A DNA stretch of 64,000 bases from an uncultured cyanobacterium (GCA_963749915.1 CAVVOP010000005.1:192001-256000); one strand, 5' to 3'. Positions 51,166 through 63,437 are shown, counted from the first letter of the stretch. Numbers and translations: made by a program. Notes: generated by a model not told the origin, from the letters alone.

Positions 51166-51664
51166 GGTTTTACTCCGGTGCCGACTTACGATTAGTTTAC
51201 TCTAGAATTGACGACCTGTCGGATATGACAGTGCTTATATGTCCTCACTTTCCTTGGGCTTTTATTATCAGAATCAAATGCTGGGATATTGGCAGCTCAA
51301 ATTATGATTATAAACCTTTGAGTGGCAACGGCGCAAAAAAACAATATTGGCTATATCAATCTAGGCAGATAAATAATCAAGTTTAGAGGAAACCCTTCAG
51401 GATCAGGATAACCGTATGAGTATTAATACTTGTTCTTTACTGCAAGGTAATAGGGGCATTTCTTTAGCTTGATTACGGGTTTCTGTATTTTCGAACTTTA
51501 TTAAAAAGGTTTACAATACTTAACATACCAACGTAATAATTCTTTACAAATAGCTCAGGAGAATCTAAATGTTTATAAGTACTAGCCAAGAGTCTCTCGA
51601 AACTAACTTTAGCCCATCTAAAAGAACAAGCAAATATAACCCTTTGGCTATCTTGTTTTTCTTT

Positions 51665-51862
51665 ATGGGGGTAACACATATTTATAGTTTCTTACAAAGA
51701 GGTGGTAGCCAAGACAAAACTCTTAAGATCAAATCAAATCAAAGAGTATTTTCCCAAACATCGAATATTTTTAGATTTTCTCTTAGTCGCTACTTAAGCT
51801 TTTTACTTCTAGGTGCCTTCGTCGCTGCAATCATGGAAATGGTTAGAACTCTCGTAAAATGA
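51665..51862 (+). CDS. Possible small membrane protein
   Basis: 65 aa from ATG 51665 with C-terminal hydrophobic helix; no family recognised. Confidence 0.35.
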   Translation: MGVTHIYSFLQRGGSQDKTLKIKSNQRVFSQTSNIFRFSLSRYLSFLLLGAFVAAIMEMVRTLVK

Positions 51863-51986
51863 AAACCAAAATCAATTTTAGATTGCTTATTATCAATTTT
51901 CCTGTCCTTGATAATCATTGAAAAGCCATTGCCCATCCTTAAGGGAACGATAATATTTGAATTTATCCTTCTTCCAAGGGAATAAA

Positions 51987-53162
51987 TCAATCACTATTAA
52001 TGGTTAATCGCTCGACTTTTTGGGCAAAAATATTTTTAAAATAATCTTGTCTTTGTTGTGGTGTTTCTGGTCCAAAATTCCAGAGACTTTCATAGAAGAA
52101 AAAAGCCACTCCTCCAAAACCTTTTTCACGGGTAGATTTTATTTGTTGATTAATTAAATCAAAATCGACGGCTCTACCTTTTAAACCTGTTAAAATACCG
52201 GTGGCTGAGGGGATATGATCCTTTGCTAATTGTAAATCCTTTTGCTCTAATTCTCGGTTAAAAGAGTCCATATTATCGCGGTAAATTTGCACAATTAATT
52301 CTTCAATTAAACCCTTTCTTTCCCATTGAGCCCAATCCATTAAAAACTGTTCTTTAGAAAACTCTTGAGGGTTAGGAGAAACAGAAATAATTACATTCTT
52401 TTTGACATCTTTTATCAATTTGAATAATGTTTCCATATAATTAGTAATTTTATCTGATCGCCATTGTATCCATTCAGGATTTGTCGAGTCTAAAGGAGGT
52501 AATTTTCCGTCATGTTCTTGACGATATAATGCCACAGTATAAGGGTCATAACCCAATTCTGAGGGATAACCAAAATGATCATCGACTTGGATGCCGTCAA
52601 TGTCATATTTACTGACAATTTCTGAGATTAAATCGGCGATAAAAGCTTGTACTTGAGGATGTAAAGGATTTAACCACACTCTTTTATGAACATTGCCTTC
52701 TAACCACATCCTACTACCATCCTGTCTTTGGGTTAGCCAATCTGGATGGCGTTTCGCTAATTCTGAATCCGCAGGTGCCATAAAACCAAATTCAAACCAG
52801 GGTATCACCGCCATATTTTTTTTATGACCTTCGATAACAACTTCCTTTAATACATCTCTATTTTTTAGGGCTTCAGTAGGATCGATTTTTATCCCCGTAA
52901 TATTCTCGGCGACGGTACTTGGATATAAAGTATAACCCCAATTCCAGACGCTAGGATAAAGAGTGTTAAAATTTAATTGATGTAAGGTTGCGATCCCATT
53001 TTTTGTTTGCTCAACACTAAACAGTACATCACTATCAATATTAGTTAACCAAACTCCTCGAATTTCTTTATTATTAAGGGTTTGAGTATACCCAAGCTGA
53101 CTCCAACTATAGACAAAAATGATAGTTAGGAAAAAGAGGATAATTAATTTACTAGGTTTCAT
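51987..53162 (-). CDS. Glycoside hydrolase family 10-like (GHL10) protein
   Basis: EIRGVWLT, IPWFEFG, YDIDGIQVDDHF. Confidence 0.88.
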   Translation of the reverse strand: MKPSKLIILFFLTIIFVYSWSQLGYTQTLNNKEIRGVWLTNIDSDVLFSVEQTKNGIATLHQLNFNTLYPSVWNWGYTLYPSTVAENITGIKIDPTEALKNRDVLKEVVIEGHKKNMAVIPWFEFGFMAPADSELAKRHPDWLTQRQDGSRMWLEGNVHKRVWLNPLHPQVQAFIADLISEIVSKYDIDGIQVDDHFGYPSELGYDPYTVALYRQEHDGKLPPLDSTNPEWIQWRSDKITNYMETLFKLIKDVKKNVIISVSPNPQEFSKEQFLMDWAQWERKGLIEELIVQIYRDNMDSFNRELEQKDLQLAKDHIPSATGILTGLKGRAVDFDLINQQIKSTREKGFGGVAFFFYESLWNFGPETPQQRQDYFKNIFAQKVERLTINSD

Positions 53163-53208
53163 TAACAGTTAATAGTTGATAGTTGAATAGTTTATGGTTT
53201 GTTAATTG

Positions 53209-54111
53209 TCAATTGTTAATTGTCAATTTAGTGATCCCTGAATGGATCGGATAAAAAGGTTGATGTAAACTAATTAGATGAGCTAAAGTCTTTTTAAGTT
53301 GGGTACGGGACACGATCGCATCCACAAAACCATGTTTTAAAAGATACTCAGAAGTTTGAAAATCATCTGGTAATTTTTCCCTTAAAGTTTGTTCGATAAC
53401 CCTTCTACCAGCAAAGCCAATGGTGGCACCGGGTTCAGCCAAAATTAAATCTCCTAACATAGCAAAACTAGCGGTAACCCCCCCTGTAGTAGGATGAGTA
53501 AGCACAGGAATATATAATAATTTCCTCTCTCTATGACGTTGTAAAGCCCCAGAAATCTTCGCCATTTGCATAAGACTTAACATACCTTCTTGCATTCTTG
53601 CACCCCCAGAAGCACAAATAATCACCACGGGGAAAGATTTTTCTGTGGCGTGTTCAATCAATCTGGTCAGTCTTTCACCCACCACTGATCCCATACTGCC
53701 ACCCATGAAACGAAAATCCATGACACCCAAAGCGATGGGCAAACCGTCAATTAAACCCGTGCCTGTCTGTACTGCATCGGTGAGAGGGGTCTTAGCGTGT
53801 AATTCTTTGAGGCGATCGCCATAACTTTTACGATCGTGAAAATGAAGGGGATCTGTGGGGATCAGATGGTGATTTAGGGTTTGCCATGTTTTAACGTCGA
53901 TTAATTGTGCAATTCTTTCATCACTAAAAATACGCATATGGTGATCACATTCAAAACATACCATATTATTGGCTTGTAAATCTTTGGTATAGGCCAAAAC
54001 TCCGCACTCAGGACATTTAGTCCACAAACCATCGGCAATCTCTCTTTCTTGTTGGGGTTTTATTTCCGGCTCAGATTTTCTCAAATTATCAAACCAATCT
54101 AATAAAGACAT
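53209..54111 (-). CDS. accD: Acetyl-CoA carboxylase carboxyltransferase beta subunit
   Basis: [38 protein letters not shown]. Confidence 0.97.
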   Translation of the reverse strand: MSLLDWFDNLRKSEPEIKPQQEREIADGLWTKCPECGVLAYTKDLQANNMVCFECDHHMRIFSDERIAQLIDVKTWQTLNHHLIPTDPLHFHDRKSYGDRLKELHAKTPLTDAVQTGTGLIDGLPIALGVMDFRFMGGSMGSVVGERLTRLIEHATEKSFPVVIICASGGARMQEGMLSLMQMAKISGALQRHRERKLLYIPVLTHPTTGGVTASFAMLGDLILAEPGATIGFAGRRVIEQTLREKLPDDFQTSEYLLKHGFVDAIVSRTQLKKTLAHLISLHQPFYPIHSGITKLTINN

Positions 54112-54369
54112 TTTTTAACAATTAACAATGGACAAACAATTAACTCCGAATGGACAAAGAAACCTTAGCTACTAAAAAACTCTAAACGGGGAACGGGTCA
54201 CCTTACAAGGGTAGTTTTTTTATAAATAGGTGTTGACAATACAAGGAGGACAAGGAAGTGAAAAGCCTATTCTTTGGTTGAGGAATCTTTCCCATCTTCC
54301 AAGTCTCACCTTCCCCCAAATATTAAAAACCTACACCCGAAAGGGAAACTCCGCCTAACTGTTTTTACT

Positions 54370-55203
54370 CTAAGTTTGAGGTTCTAAACGAGCATAGAAC
54401 ACTCCACGAATTTTAACTTCTTCGGGTTCTTCTGCACCTAAGTCAGTGGAAGAAGGTTGCTCACTTTCAAATACCCCTGAAATTTCCCCAGTTTCTTGAT
54501 CTACTTTAGTAATTTGTAAAGAGATTTCACCTTTCATACTTTCAGCCTGTTTGACGTTACTACGGGTGTATTCTTTGCTGTCAGCTCCAGCAGGCAAAGC
54601 CACAGCATTATCATAACCAGAAGTTAAACCACGACCTTTAGGATCTAAGAAAGAAGCTCCACGATAAGAAGGCACTTTAAATTTACCGGAAAAATCAGCA
54701 GAAGTGTTGACGGCGTTGAAACCAGGTTCTGTTTGGGCTACTAATTTTTTAATGGTGAAGAAGAAAGGTACTTGTTCTCCACCAGGCAATAACACTGTAG
54801 CAATTTGGAAATCAATTCCGTCTAGTTCTGTGAAAGTTAAAACACCGTTTTCGTCAGCAGTAAGAGTGCCTCTGATTTGCTCAAGGCTGGTAGTATCTCT
54901 AGTTAAGAGTTTGCCCTGAATAAATTCTGCTTTTTGTCTTTTATTAACGGGTTCTTCTTTAACAAAATATTCTTGTGGTTCTAAGCACATATCTACGACT
55001 GCTAAAGGTTGATCCATAGAAATGGGGATACTACCACGAGTAAACTCAGAAATTTCTGGACATTTATTAGCTAATCCAGTATTAAGAATTTCATCATAAG
55101 TAATTTTATTGGGATCATAAGCCTTAGCAGCATTATCACTACAAGCACCTAAGAATCCTAAACATACAATTAGGAAAGCTACTAATAGGTTGCGAAACCT
55201 CAT
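54370..55203 (-). CDS. psbO: Photosystem II manganese-stabilising protein
   Basis: TGLANKCP, DGIDF, VPSYRGASFLDPKGRG, GYDNAVALP. Confidence 0.97.
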   Translation of the reverse strand: MRFRNLLVAFLIVCLGFLGACSDNAAKAYDPNKITYDEILNTGLANKCPEISEFTRGSIPISMDQPLAVVDMCLEPQEYFVKEEPVNKRQKAEFIQGKLLTRDTTSLEQIRGTLTADENGVLTFTELDGIDFQIATVLLPGGEQVPFFFTIKKLVAQTEPGFNAVNTSADFSGKFKVPSYRGASFLDPKGRGLTSGYDNAVALPAGADSKEYTRSNVKQAESMKGEISLQITKVDQETGEISGVFESEQPSSTDLGAEEPEEVKIRGVFYARLEPQT

Positions 55204-55659
55204 AATTTGACCTCTCTCAGTTAATCTTTTTTAAATTTTTAATCTTAAGTCGTACTTACTCCCAATTATGATTCCTAATTCAGGGACTAGGATTTAAAAG
55301 AATAAGTGTAGTTAGATTTATCGTGATCTACTTTACCAAATTAAGAGTCTTTATTAAAAAAATATAATGATTCATTCAGAAAAAAGAACTTTTAGCTAAA
55401 AGACGGAAAAGGTTTAAATAACTGGTAAATATCAAGGAAAAATTTTCAATGTTCGATAATTAATGATTTTTAAATTTTTATTAAGTAATTGTTACAAAAA
55501 TTAATCTGTTGCTCGTATTTTGCTGGTATTTATAATAGTTTCATTGTTGTCGGGTTATTCTGGTCAGTCTTTGCCGTTGAGAATACTTTTCGGTTGCGTC
55601 TCTTTTTTCTGATTTGTGTGGCGATCGCTTAATATCAAGAAATATAAGGAGTGATAAAT

Positions 55660-56877
55660 ATGCTAAAAACTGATTTATTAATTTACCGTTATAGTGGCGA
55701 AACGATTATCCCCAAAAAATTATCTTTACAGCCGAGAATTATTGATTTAGTATTAGAAATAATAGACTGTTTTCAAGATTGTTTAGGTAAAACTCAGGCA
55801 GAATTAGATGAAAAATTACTCAATTTAGAAGCAGATAGTCCAGAATATAAATTAAAGCGTGGTTTAGCCCATCTACTTAAAAATCAATTTGCTCAATTTG
55901 CGATCGTAAGTCCTATTGAACCAACTATATTACGAGAAAAAGTTTTTACTCTCTCGGCGGAGAAAGCGACAATCCCTGCACATAAAAATTATACATTAGA
56001 AGCGATCGCCTCTTTATTGAGTGCAGAATTAAAAAGGGAAGTTTTACCCAGTGAAATCGAAAAGGGTTTATATGCCGACTTACAAGAAAATCGTATTTTA
56101 ACGGAATTTGAAGCACCTACTCCGGAGGCACTAATCCACCGTTACAATTTATCTCAAGTACAAGGGATTTTCTACCGTGCTAGTCATATTATAATTCATG
56201 CTCACCGCAACGATCCTGGAGAATATAAATTACTGTTTCGCTACCTCAAATTATTCCAACTAATTGCTTATATTGAAGGGGATGCCGACACTGGTTTTAC
56301 TATCACCATTGATGGACCTACCAGTTTATTCAAAGCTAGTACTCGTTATGGTTTAGCTTTAGCGAAAATGATACCGGCTTTACTACACGTAAGCAAATGG
56401 AATTTAGAGGCAAAATTGCGTATGAAAGACAACTATGGTAATGGGGAAAAAACTGGCTATTTTCGTCTTGATGATAGTTGTGGTTTAGTCAGTCACTACG
56501 CCAACAATAAAACCTATGATAGTATGCTGGAAGAATCCTTCGCCAATAGTTGGGCAAAATTAAAGACACAATGGTGCTTAGAAAGAGAAGTTGACTTAGT
56601 GCCCTTACCCGGTAGCGTGATGATCCCAGATTTTCGTCTTGTGCATCCTGACGGCAGAGATTTTCTCTTAGAAATTGTTGGTTATTGGCGCCCAGAATAT
56701 TTACAAAAGAAATTCTATCAAGTGCGTCGTGCCGAAGCAACTAATTTGATTTTAGCCGTTTCTGAACGTTTAAATTTAGAAAAAGCAGGAGTTAATTTTC
56801 AAGATTTACCGAATCGGTTAATTTGGTTTAAAAATAAACTCTCTCCTAAAGAAGTATTGGCAATAATTGATAATTAA
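55660..56877 (+). CDS. DUF790 family protein (putative nuclease fold)
   Basis: LYADL, RYNLSQVQG, TIDGP, IPDF...EIVGYWRPEYL. Confidence 0.85.
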   Translation: MLKTDLLIYRYSGETIIPKKLSLQPRIIDLVLEIIDCFQDCLGKTQAELDEKLLNLEADSPEYKLKRGLAHLLKNQFAQFAIVSPIEPTILREKVFTLSAEKATIPAHKNYTLEAIASLLSAELKREVLPSEIEKGLYADLQENRILTEFEAPTPEALIHRYNLSQVQGIFYRASHIIIHAHRNDPGEYKLLFRYLKLFQLIAYIEGDADTGFTITIDGPTSLFKASTRYGLALAKMIPALLHVSKWNLEAKLRMKDNYGNGEKTGYFRLDDSCGLVSHYANNKTYDSMLEESFANSWAKLKTQWCLEREVDLVPLPGSVMIPDFRLVHPDGRDFLLEIVGYWRPEYLQKKFYQVRRAEATNLILAVSERLNLEKAGVNFQDLPNRLIWFKNKLSPKEVLAIIDN

Positions 56878-56899
56878 TGATGGCTATAGCATTCTTAAA

Positions 56900-56983
56900 T
56901 AGTGGTCCGTCAAGATAGTTTTGAGGGACTGGGCGGATTTGAAGAATTCTCCTATCCCTCATTTCAAAATTGATAGACCAGTA
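56900..56983. repeat. ~85-bp MITE-like element
   Basis: Imperfect terminal inverted repeats TAGTGGTCCGTCAA / TTGATAGACCAGTA. Confidence 0.6.
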
Positions 56984-57018
56984 TTTGTAGTTTTTTAACC
57001 CTTTTCCTTGTACTATGA

Positions 57019-58410
57019 TTACAGTCGAGCAACCCCTGCCTCACGGGCGGCTTGTTGTACGGCAGCGGATACAGTAGTAGCGACTCGGTTATCAAATACG
57101 GAAGGGATAATATGCTCTTTATCTAACACATTAGGTGATACCAAAGAGGCGATCGCCTTAGCCGCTTGAAGATACATTTCCGTAGTTAATGAGGTGGCAC
57201 GACAATCTAAAGCACCTCGGAATAGGCCGGGAAAGGCCAAAACATTGTTGATTTGGTTAGGATAATCACTTCTGCCAGTGGCAATGACGGCGGCGATATC
57301 CTGGATTAATTCGGGTTGAATTTCGGGGATGGGGTTAGCCATAGCGAAAATAATAGAATCTTCTGCCATGGTTTTTACCATCTCAGGGGTAAGAATTTTA
57401 GGAGCGCTAACACCGATAAACACATCGGCATCAATTAAAGCATCTTCCAATAAACCGCCTTTTTTCACCGCAAAAAATTGTTTTTGTGGAGTTAGTTTTA
57501 CTCGATCTTCACTTATAATACCCTGCGAGTCACAAAGTGTAATATGATGACAGTGAGCTTCATTAAGTAACCGAGCGATGGCAACTCCAGCCGCACCAGC
57601 ACCATTGATAACGACTCGGATAGTCTCCATGTCTTTCTTCACAAGTTTGAGAGCATTTATTAATGCCGCAACAGTTACAATTGCTGTGCCATGTTGATCA
57701 TCATGGAAGACGGGGATATTTAATTCCCCCTGTAATCTTTTCTCGATTTCAAAACAACGAGGCGCCGCGATGTCTTCAAGATTAACTCCCCCAAAAACGG
57801 GAGCAATATTTTTGACGGTTTTAATAATTTCTTCTACATCTTGGGTGGCCAAACACACGGGGAAGGCATCAATATCGGCAAATTCCTTAAATAACATGGA
57901 TTTTCCTTCCATGACGGGTAATGATGCTTCTGGTCCTAAATTTCCCAATCCTAACACCGCACTACCATCTGTCACGATCGCTACACTATTACTTTTGATA
58001 GTTAAAGAATATACATTTTCGGGATCTTCATGGATGGCTTTACAAATTCTGCCAACTCCTGGAGTGTATGCCATGGCCAAGTCAGAGGAAGAAGTAATGG
58101 CAATACGGTTTTGAATGTGAATTTTTCCGCCCCTATGGACATCGAAAGTGCGATCACTTACATGGAGAATGTTAACTTCGGCAACGGATTTGATGGCAGC
58201 AACTATTTTTTCTGCGTGTTCAGTACTAGAAGCGTCAATGTGTAACTCTCTTTTGATGGTTTTCAAATTGCGCTCAATGAGGGACACTTGTCCTAAATTA
58301 CCGCCAACATCGGCGATGGCTTTAGTTACTTTTGCCAATGTTCCAGCACGATTCAGTAATTCTAAACGGATTGTTAAACTAAAACTAGAATTAGGGGTTA
58401 AATCTACCAT
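57019..58410 (-). CDS. Malic enzyme with N-terminal ACT domain
   Basis: YTPGV, TDGSAVLGLG, NLEDI, FHDDQHGT, GAGAAG, NQINNVLAFPG. Confidence 0.93.
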   Translation of the reverse strand: MVDLTPNSSFSLTIRLELLNRAGTLAKVTKAIADVGGNLGQVSLIERNLKTIKRELHIDASSTEHAEKIVAAIKSVAEVNILHVSDRTFDVHRGGKIHIQNRIAITSSSDLAMAYTPGVGRICKAIHEDPENVYSLTIKSNSVAIVTDGSAVLGLGNLGPEASLPVMEGKSMLFKEFADIDAFPVCLATQDVEEIIKTVKNIAPVFGGVNLEDIAAPRCFEIEKRLQGELNIPVFHDDQHGTAIVTVAALINALKLVKKDMETIRVVINGAGAAGVAIARLLNEAHCHHITLCDSQGIISEDRVKLTPQKQFFAVKKGGLLEDALIDADVFIGVSAPKILTPEMVKTMAEDSIIFAMANPIPEIQPELIQDIAAVIATGRSDYPNQINNVLAFPGLFRGALDCRATSLTTEMYLQAAKAIASLVSPNVLDKEHIIPSVFDNRVATTVSAAVQQAAREAGVARL

Positions 58411-58638
58411 TTTTTAGGATTTTGTCTTTATCTATATAAATATTCCTAGAATTGTATCCCAAACCATCAATGGCTTTTGATTCTCTTTGTTAAGAAACGA
58501 CTATTTTAGCTCAAAGAACATTTTGTCTAAAAACTGGCAAAATTATCAATGTATGACATCAAAAATTTTTGTAATATAAAATTTTTTAAAGTTCCCTGAG
58601 TTAAAATAATATTAAGTTTTGTAAAGTAAGCTAAAGAG

Positions 58639-59238
58639 ATGATCTTAAAACCCGAAACCACCGTCACAACATGGCATAAACTTCAAGCAATTTGGCAGGG
58701 AGGGGAAGAATTAGTCAAAATCGGCCTGCCCCATAGTCAATTGGCACCAGCATGGCAGATACTATTATTAGGTGATGGTTCACCTACTCGACATTTAAGA
58801 TTATTAACTAGTGAAACCATCGAAGTTGACGTAATTGATATGTCATTGATTGGCAATGATTTAGACAATGCACCAAAAGGCATAGAAAAAGTGCCAAATC
58901 CGAGACTGAGAAGACAGGTATGGTTAAAAACTGCCAGTGGTAAAAGATTAGCCTATGCCGCGTCATGGTGGGAAGCCAGTCACGTTGATGAGTATTTGCA
59001 AAATCGCAGTTTACCGATATGGGAAAGTTTATCTTTGTTACATACGGAGTTATATAGAGATATTCAAGGGATTTATTACGGAAAATCCGAGGCTTTAGAG
59101 AAAGGTTTTGGCGAAAAAGGAAGTTTTTGGGGGAGACATTATCTATTTTGGCATCGAGGCAAACCTTTAACTCTTATTTATGAAGTTTTTTCTCCTTACC
59201 TATCTAAATATTTAGGCAAGTTAAAAATTAGTAATTAA
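58639..59238 (+). CDS. Chorismate lyase (Ycf21/DUF98 type)
   Basis: LLLGDGSPTRHL, RRQVWL, LTLIYEVFSP. Confidence 0.85.
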   Translation: MILKPETTVTTWHKLQAIWQGGEELVKIGLPHSQLAPAWQILLLGDGSPTRHLRLLTSETIEVDVIDMSLIGNDLDNAPKGIEKVPNPRLRRQVWLKTASGKRLAYAASWWEASHVDEYLQNRSLPIWESLSLLHTELYRDIQGIYYGKSEALEKGFGEKGSFWGRHYLFWHRGKPLTLIYEVFSPYLSKYLGKLKISN

Positions 59239-59329
59239 CTTGTCCACATTCTCCGAAATAAAAAAGCAATTAATCCTAGCTAATCTTTTACTTTTTCATT
59301 GTTCATGGTCAATTATCAATTGTTTATTT

Positions 59330-60688
59330 ATGTTTCAAACCACCCGTCGTCGTTTAGCAATTTGGTACACTACAGTGACGGCGGTATTGTTAATTATTTT
59401 TGCTACGGGAATTTATGGTTATGTTTATAAAACTTTAATTGATAGGATTGATGATACTTTAAAACACGTTATCGAAATTATTGAACCATCTTTAATAGTA
59501 GATGAAGTTAGTGTCGCCGATGGCAAATTTCGGGTTAATTTAGAGGCAAGTTTTTATCAACATCCTAGTGCCACTAATAAGGTAGAAGATGACCATATTG
59601 ATTTGGAATGGTTTAGTCCGAATGGTGAGTTATTATGGGAAACCTTAGAAGCACCTTTACTCATTCCTCTGTCATTTAATTCTGGGGGAAAAACCATTCG
59701 TATTTCTGATGATTATTTATTGCGACAAATCACGAAAAGAGTGGAAATTGGACGTTATGTTTTAGGTTATTTAAGAGTTAGTCATCCCTTATTTGACGTG
59801 GTTAAACCCATTCAAAAATTAATTATTGACTTAAGTTTAGGGATTTTTTTGATGATTATTTCTGTGGCAGGAATCGGTTGGTTTTTGTCGGGTATTGCTA
59901 TTAAGCCTGTCATCGAATCTTACCAAAGTTTAAAGCAATTTACGGCCGATGCTTCCCATGAATTAAGAAATCCTATTGCTACGATAAAAACCAATATTCA
60001 AAGTTTATTATCTTATCCCGAAACTGATGCAAAAATACAAGAAAAACAGTTAAAAATTTTGGAAAGATTAACGGAAAGACTAAATAATTTAGTTAATGAT
60101 TTATTATTTTTAGCACGTAATGATAGCGGTATTGTTAAACCTAATTTTACTCCTATTCCTCTCGATGCTTTATTATTAGAGGTAGTGGAGGAACAAAAAA
60201 TTATTGCTCAACAAAAAAATATTGAGTTATCTTTAAAGATTATCAATGATGACCTAGTATCGGAAAATTTAGAAGAAAATTTGTTCACCATTAACGGAGA
60301 TTGGGCAGAAATTAGTCGTTTATTTACGAATCTTATAAGTAACGCTATTATTCATGGTATCGATGATAAAAATAAGAGTCAGAATTTAATCATCAAAGTC
60401 ATTTTGACAATTATCAAAAAACAACATAAAAATTATTGTCAAGTAGAAGTAAAAGATAATGGTATTGGTATCTCAGATTCTGTTTTACCCCATCTTTTTG
60501 ATCGTTTTTATCGTAGGGATTTTTCCCGTCGTCAAGGCGATGATAACTCCAATTTTAGCACCGGTTTAGGTTTAGCGATCGCCTTAGCCATTGTGGAAAG
60601 TCATCAAGGAAAAATTAGGGTGGAAAGCAGTATCAATCAAGGTAGTAATTTTATTGTTAATCTACCTTCAGTTTACCAATGTCCTTAA
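59330..60688 (+). CDS. Membrane sensor histidine kinase
   Basis: FTADASHELRNP H-box, N box, DNGIG, FDRFYR, TGLGL; two TM. Confidence 0.92.
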   Translation: MFQTTRRRLAIWYTTVTAVLLIIFATGIYGYVYKTLIDRIDDTLKHVIEIIEPSLIVDEVSVADGKFRVNLEASFYQHPSATNKVEDDHIDLEWFSPNGELLWETLEAPLLIPLSFNSGGKTIRISDDYLLRQITKRVEIGRYVLGYLRVSHPLFDVVKPIQKLIIDLSLGIFLMIISVAGIGWFLSGIAIKPVIESYQSLKQFTADASHELRNPIATIKTNIQSLLSYPETDAKIQEKQLKILERLTERLNNLVNDLLFLARNDSGIVKPNFTPIPLDALLLEVVEEQKIIAQQKNIELSLKIINDDLVSENLEENLFTINGDWAEISRLFTNLISNAIIHGIDDKNKSQNLIIKVILTIIKKQHKNYCQVEVKDNGIGISDSVLPHLFDRFYRRDFSRRQGDDNSNFSTGLGLAIALAIVESHQGKIRVESSINQGSNFIVNLPSVYQCP

Positions 60689-60691
60689 TTT

Positions 60692-60979
60692 TTATATTAT
60701 TCCGGCAATAATGTTTTCTAATTCTGTTTTTTCTAGGGTAGTAATAATAAAAACTTCCTGTACACTTTTACCACATCTGGCAATTAATTTATAACCCCCC
60801 CGAATTGGCACAGAAATTTTTAATTTCAGATGAGGAGAATGACTACGAGCTCTACTTAAAACAGCAGGTGTTACAGTCTTAACCCCTTCATAAGTAGCTA
60901 GTTTTTCGAGAATGGGAATCAATCCATCAAGGTGTGTCGAGTGATTCCACACGATTCTACCTTCCGAAGATTTGCTCAT
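60692..60979 (-). CDS. DUF2103 family protein
   Basis: HSTHLDG, GGYKLIAR.GKSVQEVF. Confidence 0.75.
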   Translation of the reverse strand: MSKSSEGRIVWNHSTHLDGLIPILEKLATYEGVKTVTPAVLSRARSHSPHLKLKISVPIRGGYKLIARCGKSVQEVFIITTLEKTELENIIAGII

Positions 60980-61281
60980 ATAGCCTCCAATGGTGCCATT
61001 GTCAAACCTTCCCGTCTTAATTGTTGATGATATAATTCAGCTTGTTCTAAAGGGCCACTCCACACCAATGCCTGTCCATTAAAGTGGACCTGATTTGTCA
61101 ACTCCCAAGCAAGATCACTGGTCATGTTGGGAATATATTTCACTAAACAATCCGCCACATGATTAAATGTATTAAAATCGTCATTTAATACAATTACTTT
61201 AAAATTAGGATAAGGTTTACGAGTAACCTCACTAGATTTAGTAGGAGCAATAATTGTACTTGCTAAAACTGTCTGAGTCAT
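60976..61281 (-). CDS. clpS: ATP-dependent Clp protease adaptor
   Basis: KVIVLNDDFNTF, QVHFNG, LTMAPLE. Confidence 0.92.
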   Translation of the reverse strand: MTQTVLASTIIAPTKSSEVTRKPYPNFKVIVLNDDFNTFNHVADCLVKYIPNMTSDLAWELTNQVHFNGQALVWSGPLEQAELYHQQLRREGLTMAPLEAI

Positions 61282-61726
61282 ATTAGATCAAAAAAAGTAA
61301 TTTAAACTTAAAGATATTGTTAAATATTATTAAATAATATATCACAAGTTATGATTTTAAGTAGTTAGTTACAACGAGTTATATAATCTCATGGGAGAAG
61401 GAAAAAGAAAAGAAATTGTAGGACAAACTCCTAAGAAATTTAGCCCTACAAGAAAAATGGCAAAATAGCGAAGAATTTTTAAGCATAAAAGTTTCTCAAT
61501 TTATGAGAAGATATTTTTATTCATCCTCTTAAAGGAGAAGATCTAAAAGTAATTAATTATATTCGGGATAATCGACATCAATATCAAAGATAAAACTTAA
61601 TAAGATATCTCTGTTATTAAACTAATAATAAATTGTAATGTCAGTTCGAATTCTTGATTAATCAAGAGATAAAATGCTATAATTTTTAAAAAAAGTTTTA
61701 TTAATCGACAATTAAATTATCAAATT

Positions 61727-63121
61727 ATGACTATTAGTAATAGAATTATTGATGTTCTAAGAAAGGGAAAATCTCAAGAAAAAATTAGAATTCAAGGATG
61801 GGTAAGAACAAAAAGAGAATTAAAAGAATTTACTTTTATAGAAGTTAGTGATGGTTCATCTTTGACTAATTTGCAAGTAGTTTTAAACCAAGATTTACCT
61901 AACTATGAAACTATTATAAAAAGACTCAGCACTGGTTCATCTTTAGTCGTAGAAGGTATATTAGTAGAGTCCCCTGCTAAAGGACAAAGAATAGAATTAA
62001 ACGCTAATTTTATTGAAATATTTGGAGATTGTGATCCCGAAACTTATCCTTTACAAAAAAAACGTCATTCTTTTGAATTTTTAAGAACGATTGGTCATTT
62101 AAGAGGACGAACAAATACTATGGGTGCAGTCATGAGGGTGAGAAATGCCTGTGCAAATGCTGTCCATCAGTTCTTCCAAAATAAAGGGTTTTTATGGGTA
62201 CATACTCCTATTATTACCGCTAGTGATTGTGAAGGTGCGGGAGAATTATTTACCGTAACTAACCTAAATTTAGAAGAAATTTTAGATAAAAAAACAGAGA
62301 AAATAGATTATAAAAACGATTTTTTTGGTCGTCAGACCTACTTAACAGTTAGTGGACAATTAGAAGCAGAAATTATGGCAATGGCTTTTCAAAATGTCTA
62401 TACTTTTGGGCCTACTTTTAGAGCAGAAAATTCTAATACTTCTCGTCATTTAGCAGAGTTCTGGATGGTTGAACCTGAGATGGCTTTTTGTGATCTTGAA
62501 GGGGATCAAAATTTAGCAGAAGAATTTTTAAAATATGTCTTTAAATATGTTTTAGATAATTGTCCTGAAGATCTCGAATTTTTCCATCAAAGAATCAATA
62601 AAACTGTCTTGGATAACGCCGAAAATATTATTAATAAAGAATTTGCCAGAATTACTTATACTGATGCCATTAGTTTATTGGAAAAATGCGATCAAACTTT
62701 TGAATATAAAGTAGAATGGGGCATTGATTTACAATCCGAACATGAACGTTATTTAGCGGAAGAATTATTTAAAAAACCTGTTATTGTCACTAACTATCCT
62801 CAAGGTATAAAAGCCTTTTATATGCGTTTAAATGATGATCAAAAAACCGTTGCGGCAATGGATATTTTAGCCCCAAATATCGGTGAAATTATTGGCGGTT
62901 CACAAAGAGAAGAAAGACTAGATATTTTAGAGTCAAGAATTGCCGACTTAAACATCAACGCCGAAAATATTTGGTGGTATTTAGACTTACGAAGATATGG
63001 TACTGTTCCTCATGCAGGTTTTGGCTTAGGATTTGAACGATTAGTGCAATTTATGACAGGAATGGAAAATATTCGAGATGTAATTCCTTTTCCTCGTACT
63101 CCCATGAATGTTGAATTTTAA
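61727..63121 (+). CDS. asnS: Asparagine--tRNA ligase
   Basis: [39 protein letters not shown]. Confidence 0.96.
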   Translation: MTISNRIIDVLRKGKSQEKIRIQGWVRTKRELKEFTFIEVSDGSSLTNLQVVLNQDLPNYETIIKRLSTGSSLVVEGILVESPAKGQRIELNANFIEIFGDCDPETYPLQKKRHSFEFLRTIGHLRGRTNTMGAVMRVRNACANAVHQFFQNKGFLWVHTPIITASDCEGAGELFTVTNLNLEEILDKKTEKIDYKNDFFGRQTYLTVSGQLEAEIMAMAFQNVYTFGPTFRAENSNTSRHLAEFWMVEPEMAFCDLEGDQNLAEEFLKYVFKYVLDNCPEDLEFFHQRINKTVLDNAENIINKEFARITYTDAISLLEKCDQTFEYKVEWGIDLQSEHERYLAEELFKKPVIVTNYPQGIKAFYMRLNDDQKTVAAMDILAPNIGEIIGGSQREERLDILESRIADLNINAENIWWYLDLRRYGTVPHAGFGLGFERLVQFMTGMENIRDVIPFPRTPMNVEF

Positions 63122-63437
63122 TTAAGAATTATTAGATTAAGATTAAAATTAATATTATTCCGATCTAAAATAGATCTAATATATTAGAGATAGTGAATTT
63201 GTCAGGATAAATTTATAATATTAAAGTGTCATTAACTAGCAAATAGTTTAGCCTTAAAAGAAGTTATAGTTGTAAGGATTATTTTGCTATAGTATTTGAC
63301 AAATCTTTATTCCTTAATCTATTAAGTATTATAAAATTATCTCGCAACATATCAAAAATTGATAAACATTGTTACGAACTTCTGACAAAAATTATTTTTA
63401 TTTACATCCAAAAAACCTTAATTAAGGAACTAAAAAT

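Noticed and set aside
61391..61468. 25-codon ORF MGEGKRKEIVG...
   Set aside because: Too short, with no supporting motif
61635..61665. GTTCGAATT resembling a tRNA T-loop
   Set aside because: No acceptor, D or anticodon stems in the surrounding sequence
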